Origin: an uncultured archaeon
Lineage (GTDB): Archaea; Asgardarchaeota; Hermodarchaeia; Hermodarchaeales; Hermodarchaeaceae
Direction: 5' to 3'
NCBI GenBank assembly: GCA_964347045.1
Contig: CAYFXC010000012.1
Span: forward strand, 43,431 to 78,909
DNA length: 35,479 bases
The translations under genes were made by a program, and so were the position numbers. Positions within the stretch are counted from its first letter, which is position 1. Each line of letters starts with the position of its first letter. The notes beneath the pieces were generated by a model. The model was given only the letters and a program-made list of their open reading frames with translations. It did no database searches and was not told the origin of the DNA. Shown in pieces: positions 8,571 to 18,371 of the stretch.

Positions 8571-8954
8571 ATGGCGAGAAGTACAGTCCATGATGCAAAT
8601 CACGAGGAAATACTCCGTGAAATAATTGCGGAACTCGAACAGCGTCGTGGAATAAAGGGTTGGGCAATCATTAGTCAAGAAGGCTTGATAATTGAGCACC
8701 GTATGCCCGCAAACATTAACCCACATTTACTTGCAGGCAACGCTGCTGCCCTTGCCCATTCAGCTCATGTTGTCATTGGTCAAACTGGGTCAGGACCGAT
8801 GAATCAGATTTTACTCGGTGGAGAACGCCAATTTATTATTATGGTTGGTGGGGAGGAACAATTAATTTTCCTTGTGATGGCTGATCAGAAAACTGATCTT
8901 AAGCCCCTAGGTGAATTCCTTGCAGCAGCTGCGAGCCGGTTTCAGGCCCAGTGA
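8571..8954 (+). CDS. Roadblock/LC7 (MglB-like) domain protein
   Basis: 127 aa with the helix + GIKGWAIISQEGLII + LLAGNAAAL + G.MNQILL.GE beta-hairpin pattern of the Roadblock/LAMTOR fold. Confidence 0.8.
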   Translation: MARSTVHDANHEEILREIIAELEQRRGIKGWAIISQEGLIIEHRMPANINPHLLAGNAAALAHSAHVVIGQTGSGPMNQILLGGERQFIIMVGGEEQLIFLVMADQKTDLKPLGEFLAAAASRFQAQ

Positions 8955-8966
8955 TAATTGTGTTGT

Positions 8967-9485
8967 CTATTTTTCTAAAAAGTTGACCTTGACTCCTGAG
9001 TCTTTAAGCATTTGAATTCCGTCTTCATCGGGATATTTTCTTGTTACCACAACACGTATGACGCCTGCATTAATGAGCATCTTGGCACATATTGTACAAG
9101 GCGAATGCGTTACATAAAGAGTAGCTCCGCGACTACTCACTCCATGTAGGGCACATTGGATGATCGCGTTCTGTTCAGCATGGACGCCACGACACAGTTC
9201 GTGACGCTCTCCAGGCTTGATTCCTGTTTTCAAGCGCAAACAGGTTTCCGTTGTACAATGGGGCATGTTTGCTGGAGACCCATTGTAACCGGTGGCTAAG
9301 ATATGTTTATCGCGGACAAAAACTGCTCCTACTTGTCGCCGAACACAGGTAGAGCGTGTAGAGGCTAATTTGGCAAAACTAATAAAATATTCATCTACTG
9401 TCGGGCGTTTTCGTTCCAGTCCAGGTTGAGTTTTCGAAACTATGAGATTTTCATTCGTAGAATTGGTTGATTTCGGCATATTCAT
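8967..9485 (-). CDS. dCMP deaminase (ComEB-like, Zn-dependent)
   Basis: [23 protein letters not shown] and PCTIC motifs. Lies 24 nt downstream of pyrG on the same strand. Confidence 0.9.
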   Translation of the reverse strand: MNMPKSTNSTNENLIVSKTQPGLERKRPTVDEYFISFAKLASTRSTCVRRQVGAVFVRDKHILATGYNGSPANMPHCTTETCLRLKTGIKPGERHELCRGVHAEQNAIIQCALHGVSSRGATLYVTHSPCTICAKMLINAGVIRVVVTRKYPDEDGIQMLKDSGVKVNFLEK

Positions 9486-9509
9486 GGCGTCCTCTAAGAT
9501 TTATTCTCC

Positions 9510-11189
9510 CTATTGTATTTGTCCTTTCTTTTGTTTCCATTTCAACATAGCATTGACAAAAGCCAAGTACATTGGATTAGGAGCATCTGGTCGTGAAGTG
9601 TACTCGGGATGAAACTGCGTTCCCATCATCCAATATTTATCCTCGAGTTCTATTGCATTGATTATTTTCCCCGTTGTATCGGTAGCTGACACCACCAAAC
9701 CAATCTCCTCAGCTTTATTTACAGGATCCCACATCAAATGGTAACGATGACGGAATCTTTCTCGAATTCTGGCTTTCTTGTAAATCGAATGAAGCTTTGT
9801 TTTGGGAATAATTTTAATCGGATGACCGCCTAGTCGCATTGTACCGCCTTTTTCTTCAATTTTACGCTGTTCTGGGAGCAAATCAACTACCGGGAATGGA
9901 GTTTTAGGATTCAATTCTGTACTATTAGCATTCTTCATTCCCAGCGCATATCGGCAAATAGCTACAAATAGGAGCTGCGCTCCAAGACAAATTCCAAGAA
10001 AGGGTATATCTTCCTCATAGGCAATCCACGCGGAGTGTATCATTCCCTCAGTCCCTCTAGTACCAAACCCTGGTGTTAGCAACACTCCATCAAATTCGAG
10101 AAGCTGCTCTCTCGCGTTGTTGGCCTTTTCCAGTTTTTCGGAATCGACCATTTCAATAGATACTGACGCGCCAAAATGTGCGCCAGCATGGCGAAGCGCT
10201 TCATTAATACTAACATAAGTGTCGGCCATCCTAACGTATTTTCCTGGCATGGCAACTCGAAGAGCGGTGGTTGTTTGAGTAAATTTGGTAACCAAGTCTT
10301 GCCAGGTTTGCATTCCTGTTGGTGGACGAGCCGTCATTTCCATTCGCTGAAGAATAATGGCATCCAATCCTTGTTCATAAAACTTCAAGGGCAATTCATA
10401 GATTTCATTCAAATCAGGATTTGAAATAACTGCTTCTCTTTCCACATTACTATATAATGCAATTTTACGACGAGCTTCTTCGGTTAACGGAGATTGGCTT
10501 CGAGCAATAATGATATCTGGTTGAAGCCCCAAGGATAATAATTGTTTAACTGAGTGTTGGGTGGGTTTGGTTTTTAATTCCCCCACAGTCGGTAAAAGAG
10601 GTACCAATGTTACATGCACAATTAATGTATCACAACGATCCTCCTCTAACCGAAACTGTCGGATAGCCTCCAGAAATGGTGCTGCTTCAATATCACCAAC
10701 AGTTCCTCCAACCTCAACCATAATCGCATCCAATGAATCATCCTTTTGACTTCCCGCTGTTGCGACATCCCGAAATCGACGTTTAATTTCCTCGGTTATG
10801 TGGGGTATAATTTGGACAGTTTTGCCTAAGAATGTCCCAAGGCGTTCTTGCAAAATCACACTGAGATATACTTGCCCCGAGGTGATGTTATTCCGAGGGT
10901 GGATAGCTCTACCAATGAAACGTTCATAGGTGCCAAAATCCTGATCTACTTCTGCCGATGTATATTGAAAACTAGGAGCAGGATTAAATTCGAAGATTTG
11001 GTCAGTAATGAAAGGTTCACCATGTTCAATGGGATTCAAAGTGCCTGGATCCACATTCAGATACGGATCAATTTTAATTAAGTCAACATCGTATCCTCGG
11101 AACTGTAAAAGCTTAGCAATACTTGCGGTGGTGTGACCTTTTCCAATTCCTGATAACACACCACCAGTAACAAAAATGAACTTAGGCAT
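9510..11189 (-). CDS. pyrG: CTP synthase
   Basis: FVTGGVLSGIGKG, KIDPYLNVDPGT, EVGGTVGDIE, KTKPTQHSV, and the glutaminase GICLG and QFHPE motifs. Confidence 0.97.
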   Translation of the reverse strand: MPKFIFVTGGVLSGIGKGHTTASIAKLLQFRGYDVDLIKIDPYLNVDPGTLNPIEHGEPFITDQIFEFNPAPSFQYTSAEVDQDFGTYERFIGRAIHPRNNITSGQVYLSVILQERLGTFLGKTVQIIPHITEEIKRRFRDVATAGSQKDDSLDAIMVEVGGTVGDIEAAPFLEAIRQFRLEEDRCDTLIVHVTLVPLLPTVGELKTKPTQHSVKQLLSLGLQPDIIIARSQSPLTEEARRKIALYSNVEREAVISNPDLNEIYELPLKFYEQGLDAIILQRMEMTARPPTGMQTWQDLVTKFTQTTTALRVAMPGKYVRMADTYVSINEALRHAGAHFGASVSIEMVDSEKLEKANNAREQLLEFDGVLLTPGFGTRGTEGMIHSAWIAYEEDIPFLGICLGAQLLFVAICRYALGMKNANSTELNPKTPFPVVDLLPEQRKIEEKGGTMRLGGHPIKIIPKTKLHSIYKKARIRERFRHRYHLMWDPVNKAEEIGLVVSATDTTGKIINAIELEDKYWMMGTQFHPEYTSRPDAPNPMYLAFVNAMLKWKQKKGQIQ

Positions 11190-11327
11190 GTTTCCTCTTC
11201 AACTAACCACTACAAAAGCCTAGCGGTATCAAGAATTTCACATCTACAATCTATCGTCTGAATGGGTTACGTATAAAGGAGAGATATGGCTGTATAATAA
11301 CTCGATTTAGATTTGGAGGATTTCCTT

Positions 11328-12599
11328 GTGCCTAGTGAACTTGAATATTTGACTTTTCGAGATATTAAACTGATCAGCTTTAAAAAGAAGGCAAATGGTG
11401 AAATCATTGGGACGGGGATTCTAAATCCTCTTCTTGAGAAATTTCGTTTACTTCCTATGTTGTTTTTACAAGCTAATTTTTATAGGAAATACGATAACTT
11501 AGGAACTTGGAAAGGTAAACGTGTGGCAAATACCTTTGCTCCACCAGTTGGAAGCCGACCACAATTTCGTGCTTTGAAAGGACTTATCAAGTCTCACCTT
11601 TGCCCGCATCCGTTTCCTGTTGCTATGACTTTTGCAATTACATACCGATGTCAATGCAAATGTGTTCATTGCAGTGCTGGTCGACATGCTAAAAAAGGAA
11701 ATTCGGAACTTTCAACTGAGGAAGCAAAACAACTCATTGATGATAGTCAAAAACTTGGAGTCACAATTATTGCATTTACTGGCGGTGAACCCCTAGTCAG
11801 AGAGGATATCTATGAACTAATTGCGCATGTGGACCAACAAAAAGCTATGCCAATCATGTTCACCAATGGATTACTGCTTAACGATGAGAACGTAGAACGT
11901 TTATTTCAAGCAGGTATGTATTCAGTTTTTGTGAGTTTGGATAGCCCCTTTCCTGAAGAACATGACGCTCTAAGGAAAATGCCTGGCATATTTGCTAAAG
12001 CAACAGATGGAATCAACAAACTAAAACAAAAAGGGATTTTAGTTGGGATTTCCTCGTATGCGACTAGGTCAGCAACAGAAAATAAAATGTACAAGAAAAT
12101 GTATAAACTCGCTCAGGATTTAGGCGTACAAAATTACATCTTATTTGATGGTGTACCTACGGGTAATATGCTCAAAGACACAAGCGAAATGTTAACTCCT
12201 GATCAACGTGAAGAAATCTATCAATATTCATCGAAATTGTTTGAAAAGAAAATGATTCCCCCCCTATCATCACAATCTTGGCAAAACTCAGTTGAAGGTA
12301 ATTTTGCAGGAATTGGATGCTTAGCGGCTAATATTCAATATTATGTTTCAGCCTACGGAGAAGTCACACCATGCGACTTTACACCTTTATCTTTTGGAAA
12401 CATACGTAATGAGCCATTGAAGAACATTTGGTCAAGAATGGTCAATCACCCAGCCTACTGCCATCGAAGCCATTTTTGCCGTATGCAAAACCCCCAATTT
12501 CGTAAATGCTACATAGACCCCATTCCTAATGACGCAAAACTTCCTTATAGTATTAGCAAACTTCCCCAAGTGGATTATACACGTGTTGAAAGCAAATAG
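11328..12599 (+). CDS. Radical SAM protein with C-terminal SPASM/twitch-type Cys region
   Basis: CQCKCVHC (CxxxCxxC), FTGGEP, FTNG, VSLD and GCLAA..VSAYGEVTPCDF. Start placed at GTG 11328 behind GGAGGA. Confidence 0.9.
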   Translation: MPSELEYLTFRDIKLISFKKKANGEIIGTGILNPLLEKFRLLPMLFLQANFYRKYDNLGTWKGKRVANTFAPPVGSRPQFRALKGLIKSHLCPHPFPVAMTFAITYRCQCKCVHCSAGRHAKKGNSELSTEEAKQLIDDSQKLGVTIIAFTGGEPLVREDIYELIAHVDQQKAMPIMFTNGLLLNDENVERLFQAGMYSVFVSLDSPFPEEHDALRKMPGIFAKATDGINKLKQKGILVGISSYATRSATENKMYKKMYKLAQDLGVQNYILFDGVPTGNMLKDTSEMLTPDQREEIYQYSSKLFEKKMIPPLSSQSWQNSVEGNFAGIGCLAANIQYYVSAYGEVTPCDFTPLSFGNIRNEPLKNIWSRMVNHPAYCHRSHFCRMQNPQFRKCYIDPIPNDAKLPYSISKLPQVDYTRVESK

Positions 12600-12683
12600 C
12601 GTTTCTTCTAAATCAGCACCCCTGCACTTCTTTTTCAGAACTTTTTATTTCCCACTAGTAAAGGGTTTGTTGCATTCATTAAC

Positions 12684-12764
12684 TTTATATAGATGTACCA
12701 ATCGATATACATAGCGTGGCAAGGTATTATGTGTAACGAGATTATGTGTCTATCAAGGCACATA
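12684..12764 (+). promoter_or_regulatory. TATA box followed by palindromic operator candidates for the PadR regulator
   Basis: TTTATATA at 12684-12691. ATGT-N12-ACAT occurs at 12693-12712 and 12744-12763; the second extends to TATGTGTCT-N4-AGGCACATA. Confidence 0.55.
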
Positions 12765-12824
12765 GCCTTGACAATAAACACGAGCTTGCCTCCTTTGACA
12801 ACCGCTCTCAGGCGGAGAACAACA

Positions 12825-13301
12825 ATGCCGAAACAAAAACTACCTGAAACTTGGGAAAGCGACGTACGCCGGGGTCTTTTGCGACTCCTCGTCCTTGCTG
12901 TCATCAAGGAATCGCAATCTACCTTCGGATACGCCATTGCCCAAAGCATCCGCGAGCGCACAGCTGATCAGCTCATCGTTCAAGATGGCACACTTTACCC
13001 GTTGCTCCGCCGTCTCGAAGAACAAAAATTGGTCCGCAGCACCTGGGATGTCTCCGGTGAACGACCACGTAAATACTACCAGCTCACAGCTGCTGGAGAT
13101 AAACAGCTTCTAGCCATGCTAGAATTTTGGAATGAATTAGTGATCTCATTGGACCCCCTCTTCCGCGGTATCGCGGTCGGGCGTGAAGCAAACGGCGACT
13201 ACCAAGAACAAGTACAATTCTGCACATCCTGCGGCAACCAAGTGTACCCTGGAGCAATCTACTGTGCAAACTGCGGAGCGGAAATCTCAGAAAGTGATTA
13301 G
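12825..13301 (+). CDS. PadR-family winged-helix regulator with C-terminal zinc ribbon
   Basis: RRGLLRLLVL..FGYAI..GTLYPLLRRLE..RPRKYYQLT..G is the PadR pattern, followed by CTSCG..CANCG. ATG 12825 lies behind GGCGGAG. Confidence 0.92.
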   Translation: MPKQKLPETWESDVRRGLLRLLVLAVIKESQSTFGYAIAQSIRERTADQLIVQDGTLYPLLRRLEEQKLVRSTWDVSGERPRKYYQLTAAGDKQLLAMLEFWNELVISLDPLFRGIAVGREANGDYQEQVQFCTSCGNQVYPGAIYCANCGAEISESD

Positions 13302-13302
13302 A

Positions 13303-14460
13303 ATGTCCAACAATCCAAAAGACGAATATTCGGGCGATGAGAGACTCCCACAAGCATCCTCACTAGGTGATGAGGCCTCTGCTCGAAAAATCATCGCAGA
13401 CTACTTAGATCAAGTGAAAGTGCGACTTCCTTCGGATGTTGCCAATGAAGTGATCCCCGAACTCCGATCCCATCTTCTGGAACAAGCTAGTCAACCCAGT
13501 GGACGCCTTTCTACAGCAGCCGCTTGGGATGCCGTCGTATCAATGGGTAGCCCCGACATCGTGGCACGTGAATTTCGACGGGAAAAAGAACTAAGCGACC
13601 TTGAAAAAGCTCAAGGCTTTATCGACGCTCTCACTCCTCAATACCGTAAATACTTCTGGTGGGCCATAATAGGAATTGTTATTGCGGATCTAGCTATCTT
13701 AGCATATCTTATCTCAGTAGTTCTACTCAACATAAGCATCGTACCCATCATTCTTCTTTTACCCTACATCTTACTTGGTGCGGTAGCTCAGGTGTGGGTC
13801 TTTGCGGGAATTATCATATCCTATTTGGTTATGCTACTATTATCTCATCCATCTGGCCCTCCGTTAACTGAAATCCTGCGTGGTATCATGCAGGATCGTG
13901 AAAAGAAAGAAAAACAACGCATTCCTCGCACCCAAAAACGGGTTCAAAAACGCGTTGATAAATACAACGAACTAACCGGCCGAGGGAAACTCATGGGCAA
14001 ACTGGCCGGTCACATTATAGGAATCATCATTGCTCTAATGTTTGCTATCATTTTCCCCATTTGGATTCCAGCTTATCCAACCTTAGAAATCACCATACTC
14101 TATTGGCTCGCCTTCATTGGCCTAACACAGGCAGGTTTAACAACAATTCGTATCCTCATTGGTGATAGCTCATTAGCAGCTGCTCGCCTCTTGGGCTCCA
14201 TCGACACACTATATGCACTCTGGGGAGTTTTGCTTCTTACCCTATTCTTCTATGGACCACTGTCCTGGCCAATCCCCAGTTGGAACGGAGTCATCTGGAC
14301 TCTGTTATACTGGAAACCTCTAGTAATGCCTTGGATATGGTGGCTCGGACCCCTGCTGATTCTCCTAGTCTTCATCGCTATGATCATTGAACTCATTCAA
14401 GTGAACATCTACATCCAACCATTGCACAATGGTTACGCAGGTTCTATCAATGAAACTTGA
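13303..14460 (+). CDS. Membrane protein with N-terminal HAAS (DUF1700-like) signalling domain and ~6 TM helices
   Basis: IADYLDQVKVRLP...EVIPELRSHLLE...AVVSMGSPDIVAREF is the HAAS pattern. Starts 1 nt after the PadR stop. Confidence 0.8.
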   Translation: MSNNPKDEYSGDERLPQASSLGDEASARKIIADYLDQVKVRLPSDVANEVIPELRSHLLEQASQPSGRLSTAAAWDAVVSMGSPDIVAREFRREKELSDLEKAQGFIDALTPQYRKYFWWAIIGIVIADLAILAYLISVVLLNISIVPIILLLPYILLGAVAQVWVFAGIIISYLVMLLLSHPSGPPLTEILRGIMQDREKKEKQRIPRTQKRVQKRVDKYNELTGRGKLMGKLAGHIIGIIIALMFAIIFPIWIPAYPTLEITILYWLAFIGLTQAGLTTIRILIGDSSLAAARLLGSIDTLYALWGVLLLTLFFYGPLSWPIPSWNGVIWTLLYWKPLVMPWIWWLGPLLILLVFIAMIIELIQVNIYIQPLHNGYAGSINET

Positions 14461-14483
14461 TTAGGTAGCATATCCGTCCCCTC

Positions 14484-14530
14484 GGGGTTGTACGCTGCTA
14501 GGTGCGTTATACCCCACATTTTTCTTTTTC
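14484..14530 (+). terminator. Imperfect hairpin plus T-rich tract after the PadR-HAAS operon
   Basis: GGGGTTGTACGC..GCGTTATACCCC followed by ACATTTTTCTTTTTC. Confidence 0.45.
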
Positions 14531-14582
14531 TCACAATGCTTATCCATTTGAGAACTTATTTTGAATATATCTGAGGGATTCC

Positions 14583-15098
14583 ATGAGTTCTGAAACCATT
14601 GTCAAAATACGTGAATATGATGTACATGATTTCGTAAACTTAACTAGCCTAGTGGCAGAATTTTTTTCCATTCATCGAAGGTTAAATGGACGTGGACCAA
14701 TGCCACCCGAGGAAGCGGCTACAATAATTCCCCAAGAGATGCTTCAAGAAGCTTCACAAATTCTTGTAGCAGAAAGGGCAGACGGTAAAGGCATAGTGGG
14801 TTTCTGTCGCATTGAGCTGCATGAGGGCGCTTACTTTCTCCGAGAAATCGGTGTAACCGAGAATTGGCGGATACGGGGAGTTGGTACAGCATTGCTCCGA
14901 GCGGCGGAAGATCATATTAAATCAGCGGGTGAAACGAACCTCTATTTATCTGTAGTCCCTCGAAATATTGATGCCGTTCGATTCTTTGTTCGACGTGGCT
15001 ATGATATTATTAATACAATTGAATTGAGGACTAAAGTTCAAGAAGAAAAGATTCAACGGAAAGTTCTACACTTCCTAGGTCTACAATTTCGTTATTAA
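14583..15098 (+). CDS. GNAT family N-acetyltransferase
   Basis: IGVTENWRIRGVGTALL (motif A, acetyl-CoA binding) and NIDAVRFFVRRGY (motif B). Confidence 0.88.
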   Translation: MSSETIVKIREYDVHDFVNLTSLVAEFFSIHRRLNGRGPMPPEEAATIIPQEMLQEASQILVAERADGKGIVGFCRIELHEGAYFLREIGVTENWRIRGVGTALLRAAEDHIKSAGETNLYLSVVPRNIDAVRFFVRRGYDIINTIELRTKVQEEKIQRKVLHFLGLQFRY

Positions 15099-15161
15099 TA
15101 ACAAATTTAGATAAGCAACGAATCTACAATGCAGTAAGGAACATGTTATTGTATTGGAGAT

Positions 15162-16136
15162 TTGAAGGCTGTGACGCCAGAAATTGAAGTGCCAATGGAT
15201 CCTCGACTAAAAGTGAAAATCAGAACTTTAGAACTTAGCAATCCCACGATTTTGGCGTCCGGTATTTTAGGAGTTGCAGCAGGTGGTCTCATTCGAGCAT
15301 GGAATGAAGGGGCCGCAGCAGTAGTAGCAAAAACTGCGGGGTTGAAATCACGTTCAGGACATCCTGGTCCACGTATCGTTGGATTACACGGTAACAGCTT
15401 AATGAATGCAATGGGGATACCCAACCCTGGAATCAAAGAGTATCTTAATGAAATTAAAGTTACAGTAAAACATGGAGTGCCTATCATTGGTAGCGCGGTA
15501 GGAAGTACACCCCACGAGTTTGCTCAAGTCGCTACACACCTAGTAAAAGCAGGTGTGTCAGCTATTGAGCTAAATGTATCATGCCCTCATGTAGGTTCAT
15601 TGTATCTCATGGGTATGGATCCTGAAACTGTTGCGGATATAGTTGCCCAAGTCATAAAAGAAACCAAAAATAAGATACCGGTCTGGGTCAAGTTGCCGGG
15701 ATCAACTGATTATCCCCGCTTGATAGCAGTAGCTCAATCTGCTGAATCTGCTGGAGCTTCAGCACTTGTTGCTTTGAATACCTTACCTGCCTTAGCGATT
15801 GATATTGAATCACGATTGCCTTTACTGGGTGCAGGAACAGGGGGCTTATCTGGACCTGCAATTAAACCTATCGCTGTACGGGCGGTGTGGGAACTTAACC
15901 AAGCTGGTCTAAAAATTCCAATTATCGGAGTTGGAGGTATTCTTACTGGAGAAGATGTTATTGAATATCTCCTTGCAGGAGCAACCGCCGTTGAAATTGG
16001 AACTGGTGTTTTAATTCGCGGAACGTCTATCTTTAACCTTGTTTGCAAAGAAGTTGGAGAATATCTCACTCGCCATGAGATAAAACATGTTACTGAATTA
16101 ATTGGTCCTTTGCAAGAAGGAGGAGTGAACCCATAG
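15162..16136 (+). CDS. pyrD: Dihydroorotate dehydrogenase family 1B, catalytic subunit
   Basis: NPTILASG, NAMGIPNPG, ELNVSCPH (catalytic Cys), GGLSGPAIKP and IIGVGGI. Exact start uncertain (GTG 15171 or ATG 15195 possible). Confidence 0.93.
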   Translation: MKAVTPEIEVPMDPRLKVKIRTLELSNPTILASGILGVAAGGLIRAWNEGAAAVVAKTAGLKSRSGHPGPRIVGLHGNSLMNAMGIPNPGIKEYLNEIKVTVKHGVPIIGSAVGSTPHEFAQVATHLVKAGVSAIELNVSCPHVGSLYLMGMDPETVADIVAQVIKETKNKIPVWVKLPGSTDYPRLIAVAQSAESAGASALVALNTLPALAIDIESRLPLLGAGTGGLSGPAIKPIAVRAVWELNQAGLKIPIIGVGGILTGEDVIEYLLAGATAVEIGTGVLIRGTSIFNLVCKEVGEYLTRHEIKHVTELIGPLQEGGVNP

Positions 16137-16138
16137 CA

Positions 16139-17458
16139 ATGGCTGTTCATGACCTCAAAGTTATTAATGGCCGCTTAGTTCTTCCGGATCGTGTTGAAGT
16201 AGCAGATCTGCTAATTGATGACGGGATAATTTCTGCGATTTTAAATCCTGCACTATCAAAATCTGAACAAGCAAATGAGGTTATTGATGCATCTGGGTAC
16301 CTAGTACTGCCCGGGCTAGTGGATGTCCATGTTCATTTTCGCGATCCTGGATATCCAGAAAAAGAGGATTTTGCTTCCGGTTCGCTAGCCGCCGCAGCTG
16401 GTGGAGTAACTACTATTGTTGATATGCCAAATACCAACCCACCGACCACCACACCCAGGCGACTACAAGAAAAAATTGATCGCGCCGAAAGGAGCAGTCT
16501 TGTTGATTTTGCCTTCCATGGGGGCCCCCATAGCGCGAAGACTGCAAAAGACGAGGTAGCAGAATATGATGAACTAGTTGTAATTGATATGGCCCAACAA
16601 CTCATCGAAGCAGGTATAGTATCATTCAAAATCTATATGCCTCACTATGAAGCTTCGTCCATTCCAATATTAGCACCCCTTGGACACCTAATAACCGTTC
16701 ATGCCGAAGAACCTACACTCTTGGGCACACCAAGAGATGGTTCTTCATTTGCATTTCTTGCAAGTCGACCACCGGAAGCCGAAGTACAAGCCATCGAAAA
16801 GCTTCTAGCAAATCCTCCCGTTTGTGGATTTCACATATGCCATTTATCAACAGCAGCAGGTTTTCGACTTATTCTCACCGCCTGGCATAATGGAGTGCCG
16901 GTTTCCACCGAAGTAACTCCACACCATCTTCTCTTAACAGTAAAGGATTTAGCAGAATTGGGACCTGTGGCTAAATGCTACCCACCTTTACGTTCAACAA
17001 CGGATACTGAAGCATTACTTAATGCATGTTTTGCAGATCAAATCAAGATTATCGCATCTGATCATGCACCGCACACATCAGCAGAGAAAACAGGCACTGA
17101 TGCTGATTTTGCTTCAGCCCCTGCCGGCATCAATGGAGTTGAAACAATGCTTCCCCTGATGTTTACCAAGATGGTTCATGATGCCGAAATGACTCTCCCT
17201 CACCTTATCCGTATGATGGCTTTAAATCCCGCATTATGGTTTGGAATTCGTAATTCGCAATGGATTGAAAAGGGACAATTCGAAGTAGGTGCAGATGCAG
17301 ATTTTGTCCTCTTTGACCAGAAAGCTAATTATAAAATACGTGGTGATGCCCTTCATGGAAAAGCAACAATAACCCCATTTGAAGGATGGAAAGTCAGGGG
17401 GAAGGTGCGTCGAACCGTCCTTGGAGGGCAAACAATCTTTGATGGAGATATCCAATGA
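16139..17458 (+). CDS. pyrC: Dihydroorotase (type I, amidohydrolase)
   Basis: PGLVDVHVHFRDPG, DMPNT.PP, HAEE, HICHLS, EVTPHHL and ASDHAPH. Located between pyrD and pyrK. Confidence 0.9.
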   Translation: MAVHDLKVINGRLVLPDRVEVADLLIDDGIISAILNPALSKSEQANEVIDASGYLVLPGLVDVHVHFRDPGYPEKEDFASGSLAAAAGGVTTIVDMPNTNPPTTTPRRLQEKIDRAERSSLVDFAFHGGPHSAKTAKDEVAEYDELVVIDMAQQLIEAGIVSFKIYMPHYEASSIPILAPLGHLITVHAEEPTLLGTPRDGSSFAFLASRPPEAEVQAIEKLLANPPVCGFHICHLSTAAGFRLILTAWHNGVPVSTEVTPHHLLLTVKDLAELGPVAKCYPPLRSTTDTEALLNACFADQIKIIASDHAPHTSAEKTGTDADFASAPAGINGVETMLPLMFTKMVHDAEMTLPHLIRMMALNPALWFGIRNSQWIEKGQFEVGADADFVLFDQKANYKIRGDALHGKATITPFEGWKVRGKVRRTVLGGQTIFDGDIQ

Positions 17459-18345
17459 CACCAGTTAAAAAACTGAAAACAAATCCGATAGACCTTGTTC
17501 ACGGACTTCGACCTAAAGTTGGACCTATTCAAACCATACAAGAAGAAACCCCGGGTACGAAAACAATCGTCTTATCTGCGCCGGAAATCACTCGTAATGC
17601 TATTCCGGGACAATTCTTAATGGTCTGGATTCCTGGTATTGATGAAATCCCCATGAGCATCTCAACAATCGAAAATTCTTCAGGTCTTGTAGAATTTGCA
17701 GTTGCCAAGGTAGGAGAGGCAACCGAAGCCTTGCATTCAATGAAGGAAGGAGATTTATTAGGTCTACGTGGACCACTAGGTCATGGGTTTTCATTTCCGC
17801 CGTCAATCGACAGAGGACCATTACTCTATGTTGCAGGCGGGTGTGGAGCACCTCCCTTATCCTTTGCTACAGAGGTTGCTGTGAAAAAAGGATATGAAGT
17901 TCATGTTGCTTTAGGTGCCAAAACACAATCAGAGCTTCTATTTCGAAATCGATTTGAACAGCAAGCTCAGAAGGTTATTCTTGCAACAGATGATGGATCT
18001 GAAGGAATTCAAGGAACTGCTATCGATGCGACAGCGTTTCACCTCGATATCGGAATTCGTTATGTTGCCTGCTTCGCATGTGGTCCTGAAAACATGCTTA
18101 CGAGTCTAGCTAATTTATTGTCTAGTTATGCAATACCATTGCAAGTAAGTCTAGAACGATATATGAAATGTGGTGTAGGTTTATGTGGTCATTGTATTAT
18201 CGACACAAAGGGAACGCGCGTTTGTCAAGAAGGTCCTGTGTTTGATGTTAAAACTTTGCAAAATACAGATTTTGGACAATGGAAACGAGATAGTACTGGT
18301 AAACACCTGACACTTGGATCTTCTGATAAAGATGTTAGACATTAG
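17455..18345 (+). CDS. pyrK: Dihydroorotate dehydrogenase electron-transfer subunit
   Basis: PGQFLMVW, RGPLGHGF, AGGCG, CGPE and MKCGVGLCGHC..VC [2Fe-2S] motif. ATGA overlap with pyrC. Confidence 0.93.
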   Translation: MTPVKKLKTNPIDLVHGLRPKVGPIQTIQEETPGTKTIVLSAPEITRNAIPGQFLMVWIPGIDEIPMSISTIENSSGLVEFAVAKVGEATEALHSMKEGDLLGLRGPLGHGFSFPPSIDRGPLLYVAGGCGAPPLSFATEVAVKKGYEVHVALGAKTQSELLFRNRFEQQAQKVILATDDGSEGIQGTAIDATAFHLDIGIRYVACFACGPENMLTSLANLLSSYAIPLQVSLERYMKCGVGLCGHCIIDTKGTRVCQEGPVFDVKTLQNTDFGQWKRDSTGKHLTLGSSDKDVRH

Positions 18346-18371
18346 CGAACACGAAATTATGAGGACAAGTC

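Noticed and set aside
10956-11003. Intein or bulge-helix-bulge intron in pyrG
   Set aside because: Far too short for an intein, lacks C/S...HN ends, shows no BHB pairing, and the frame is uninterrupted.
12693-12824. 44-aa N-terminal extension of PadR (and similar extensions at 3035, 13183 and 26023)
   Set aside because: The extensions cross promoter/operator, terminator or upstream-gene sequence; downstream starts fit the RBS positions and domain boundaries better.
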